Of a stretch of DNA of 64,000 nucleotides, positions 62,923-64,000 are shown piece after piece. Location of the stretch: the NCBI GenBank assembly GCA_964586235.1, contig CAZPIO010000004.1, positions 8,402 to 72,401 on the forward strand. Direction: 5' to 3'. Source of the DNA: an uncultured Planctomycetales bacterium. GTDB taxonomy: Bacteria; Planctomycetota; Phycisphaerae; UBA1845; PWPN01. Position 1 is the first letter of the stretch; each line of letters begins with the position of its first letter. Both the position numbers and the translations under genes were made by a program. Under the pieces are notes generated by a model. It was not told where the DNA came from, ran no database searches, and was given only the letters and a program-made list of their open reading frames with translations.

Positions 62923-64000
62923 ATGAGCGACTCAAAAGCGATGCTCTTGACTGTCATCGCGGCCGGTGTGCTGCTGGCCGCGGGCCGTCCCGCCCAGGCT
63001 GGCATGATGCACGAGCCTCAAGCGCTGGACGAAGCCAACGGATGGAACCCGGATGTCGCCTTTGATGCGGAGCACGGCGTCTACCTGGCTGTCTGGTCCG
63101 GCGAGGGTGTCTGTGGTCGAATCCTCGACAGCGATGGGAAACCGGTGACTGGCAAATTCCACATCGCCGCTTCGGTCTGCTACAACGGCTACCCCGCTGT
63201 TGCCTACAACCCCGAGGACGACGAGTTCCTCGTGACCTGGGACAACTGCTCCATCTACGGGCAGCGGGTGAAGTCCCCGACCGGTGTCTTGGAGGGGAGC
63301 GTTTTCCTGATCAGCGCGACTCCTGGCGAGCGATCGGCCGTAGCCTGGGGTCCGGGTCCGGACGCGGAGAGTGGGTGCTACCTTGTTCTGTACTCCAATT
63401 GGGTCGACGTCTACGGGCAGCGCGTCAGCCGCTCGGGTGTTCTGGTGGGGGGCGAGCTCGCGCTCGGCGGTTATAGCTATCCGGCGGTGTCCTACAGCAC
63501 GTCAGCCAGGACCTTCCTGGGAACCTGGGACGACGGCTATGGCCGCATCGAGGCGAGATTGATCCCATTGAACCACGCCTTGCCGGTGGGAAGCTCTTTT
63601 CTGGTGACTCCCGAGGGCGTTGCCGATCGATCGCACATCGCGCGCGATGACGCCCTTGGCCGCTGGCTGGTGCAGTACCAGGATCAGAGTCGTATGGCGA
63701 CCCAGGATTATGACCAATTCGCCCGATTTGTGAACGACAACGGCACGCTTGGTCCCGGACCGTACCCGGCGGCCGACAGACCGGAATTCGAAGGCGAGAC
63801 CAATCTCGGCTGCGACATCGCCTTCGCTTCCAAGGCGGGCGTGTATTTCTCTGTTTTCGGCACGAATGACGGTATCTTCGGCCAGCTCCTCGATCACACT
63901 GGCATCAAGCGTCGGGGGCGGGTCGACATAGGTCTGGGCAACTACACTCTCCACAGCAACGCTGCCGACCCCGATCGAGACCGCTTCCTGACCGTCTATT
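62923..64000 (+). CDS. Secreted 7-repeat beta-propeller protein, 3' end truncated by the window edge
   Basis: Not in the ORF track. Manual translation is open from the ATG at 62923 to the edge: signal peptide, then FDAEHGVYLAVW, YNPEDDEFLVTW, GCYLVLY, YSTSARTFLGTW, DALGRWLVQY, SKAGVYFSVF and DPDRDRFLTVY. Confidence 0.82.
   Translation, partial: MSDSKAMLLTVIAAGVLLAAGRPAQAGMMHEPQALDEANGWNPDVAFDAEHGVYLAVWSGEGVCGRILDSDGKPVTGKFHIAASVCYNGYPAVAYNPEDDEFLVTWDNCSIYGQRVKSPTGVLEGSVFLISATPGERSAVAWGPGPDAESGCYLVLYSNWVDVYGQRVSRSGVLVGGELALGGYSYPAVSYSTSARTFLGTWDDGYGRIEARLIPLNHALPVGSSFLVTPEGVADRSHIARDDALGRWLVQYQDQSRMATQDYDQFARFVNDNGTLGPGPYPAADRPEFEGETNLGCDIAFASKAGVYFSVFGTNDGIFGQLLDHTGIKRRGRVDIGLGNYTLHSNAADPDRDRFLTVY

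Overview
High-GC bacterial DNA with no rRNA, tRNA, CRISPR array or transposase. The lineage is inferred to be an anaerobic Planctomycetota, probably Phycisphaerae, from the acidic Cys-containing dockerin-like C-termini, the CxxC-x-Y-x-L-x-GL-x4-CPECG zinc ribbon, the many Tat-exported Gfo/Idh/MocA proteins and the REP-like hairpins. The window has three blocks. (1) 1-9.1 kb, minus strand: a tightly packed redox operon, HdrD-like / etfB / etfA / membrane haem-b-FeS-CCG protein / hdrA / mvhD / mvhG (running off the edge). Its sigma70-like promoter is overlapped by a near-consensus Rex box and followed by a ~670-nt structured leader. (2) 9.2-50 kb: a long glycan and sugar catabolism region. It encodes a FucI-type isomerase, FGGY kinase, three Tat oxidoreductases, a Tat TIM-barrel isomerase/lyase, two CehA/McbA-type metallohydrolases, DUF4838-type and other unassigned GH-like proteins, an Asp-box sialidase-like protein, a GH95/65-like protein, a DapA-family aldolase, a URO-D-like protein, GH38, an SSS transporter and a GntR-LacI regulator. 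It also holds a truncated sulfatase and several REP/MITE-like elements, one of them triple-nested. (3) 50.5-64 kb, plus strand: six co-oriented secreted modular proteins. Four end in a conserved 4-Cys dockerin-like module; they include two paralogues of an apparently unassigned clan GH-A-like TIM barrel, an FG-GAP propeller, a GH43/32/130-like propeller and two 7-repeat propellers. Block 3 and the operon in block 1 are the best candidates for undescribed systems. All product calls come from motif recognition by eye; no database searches were run.
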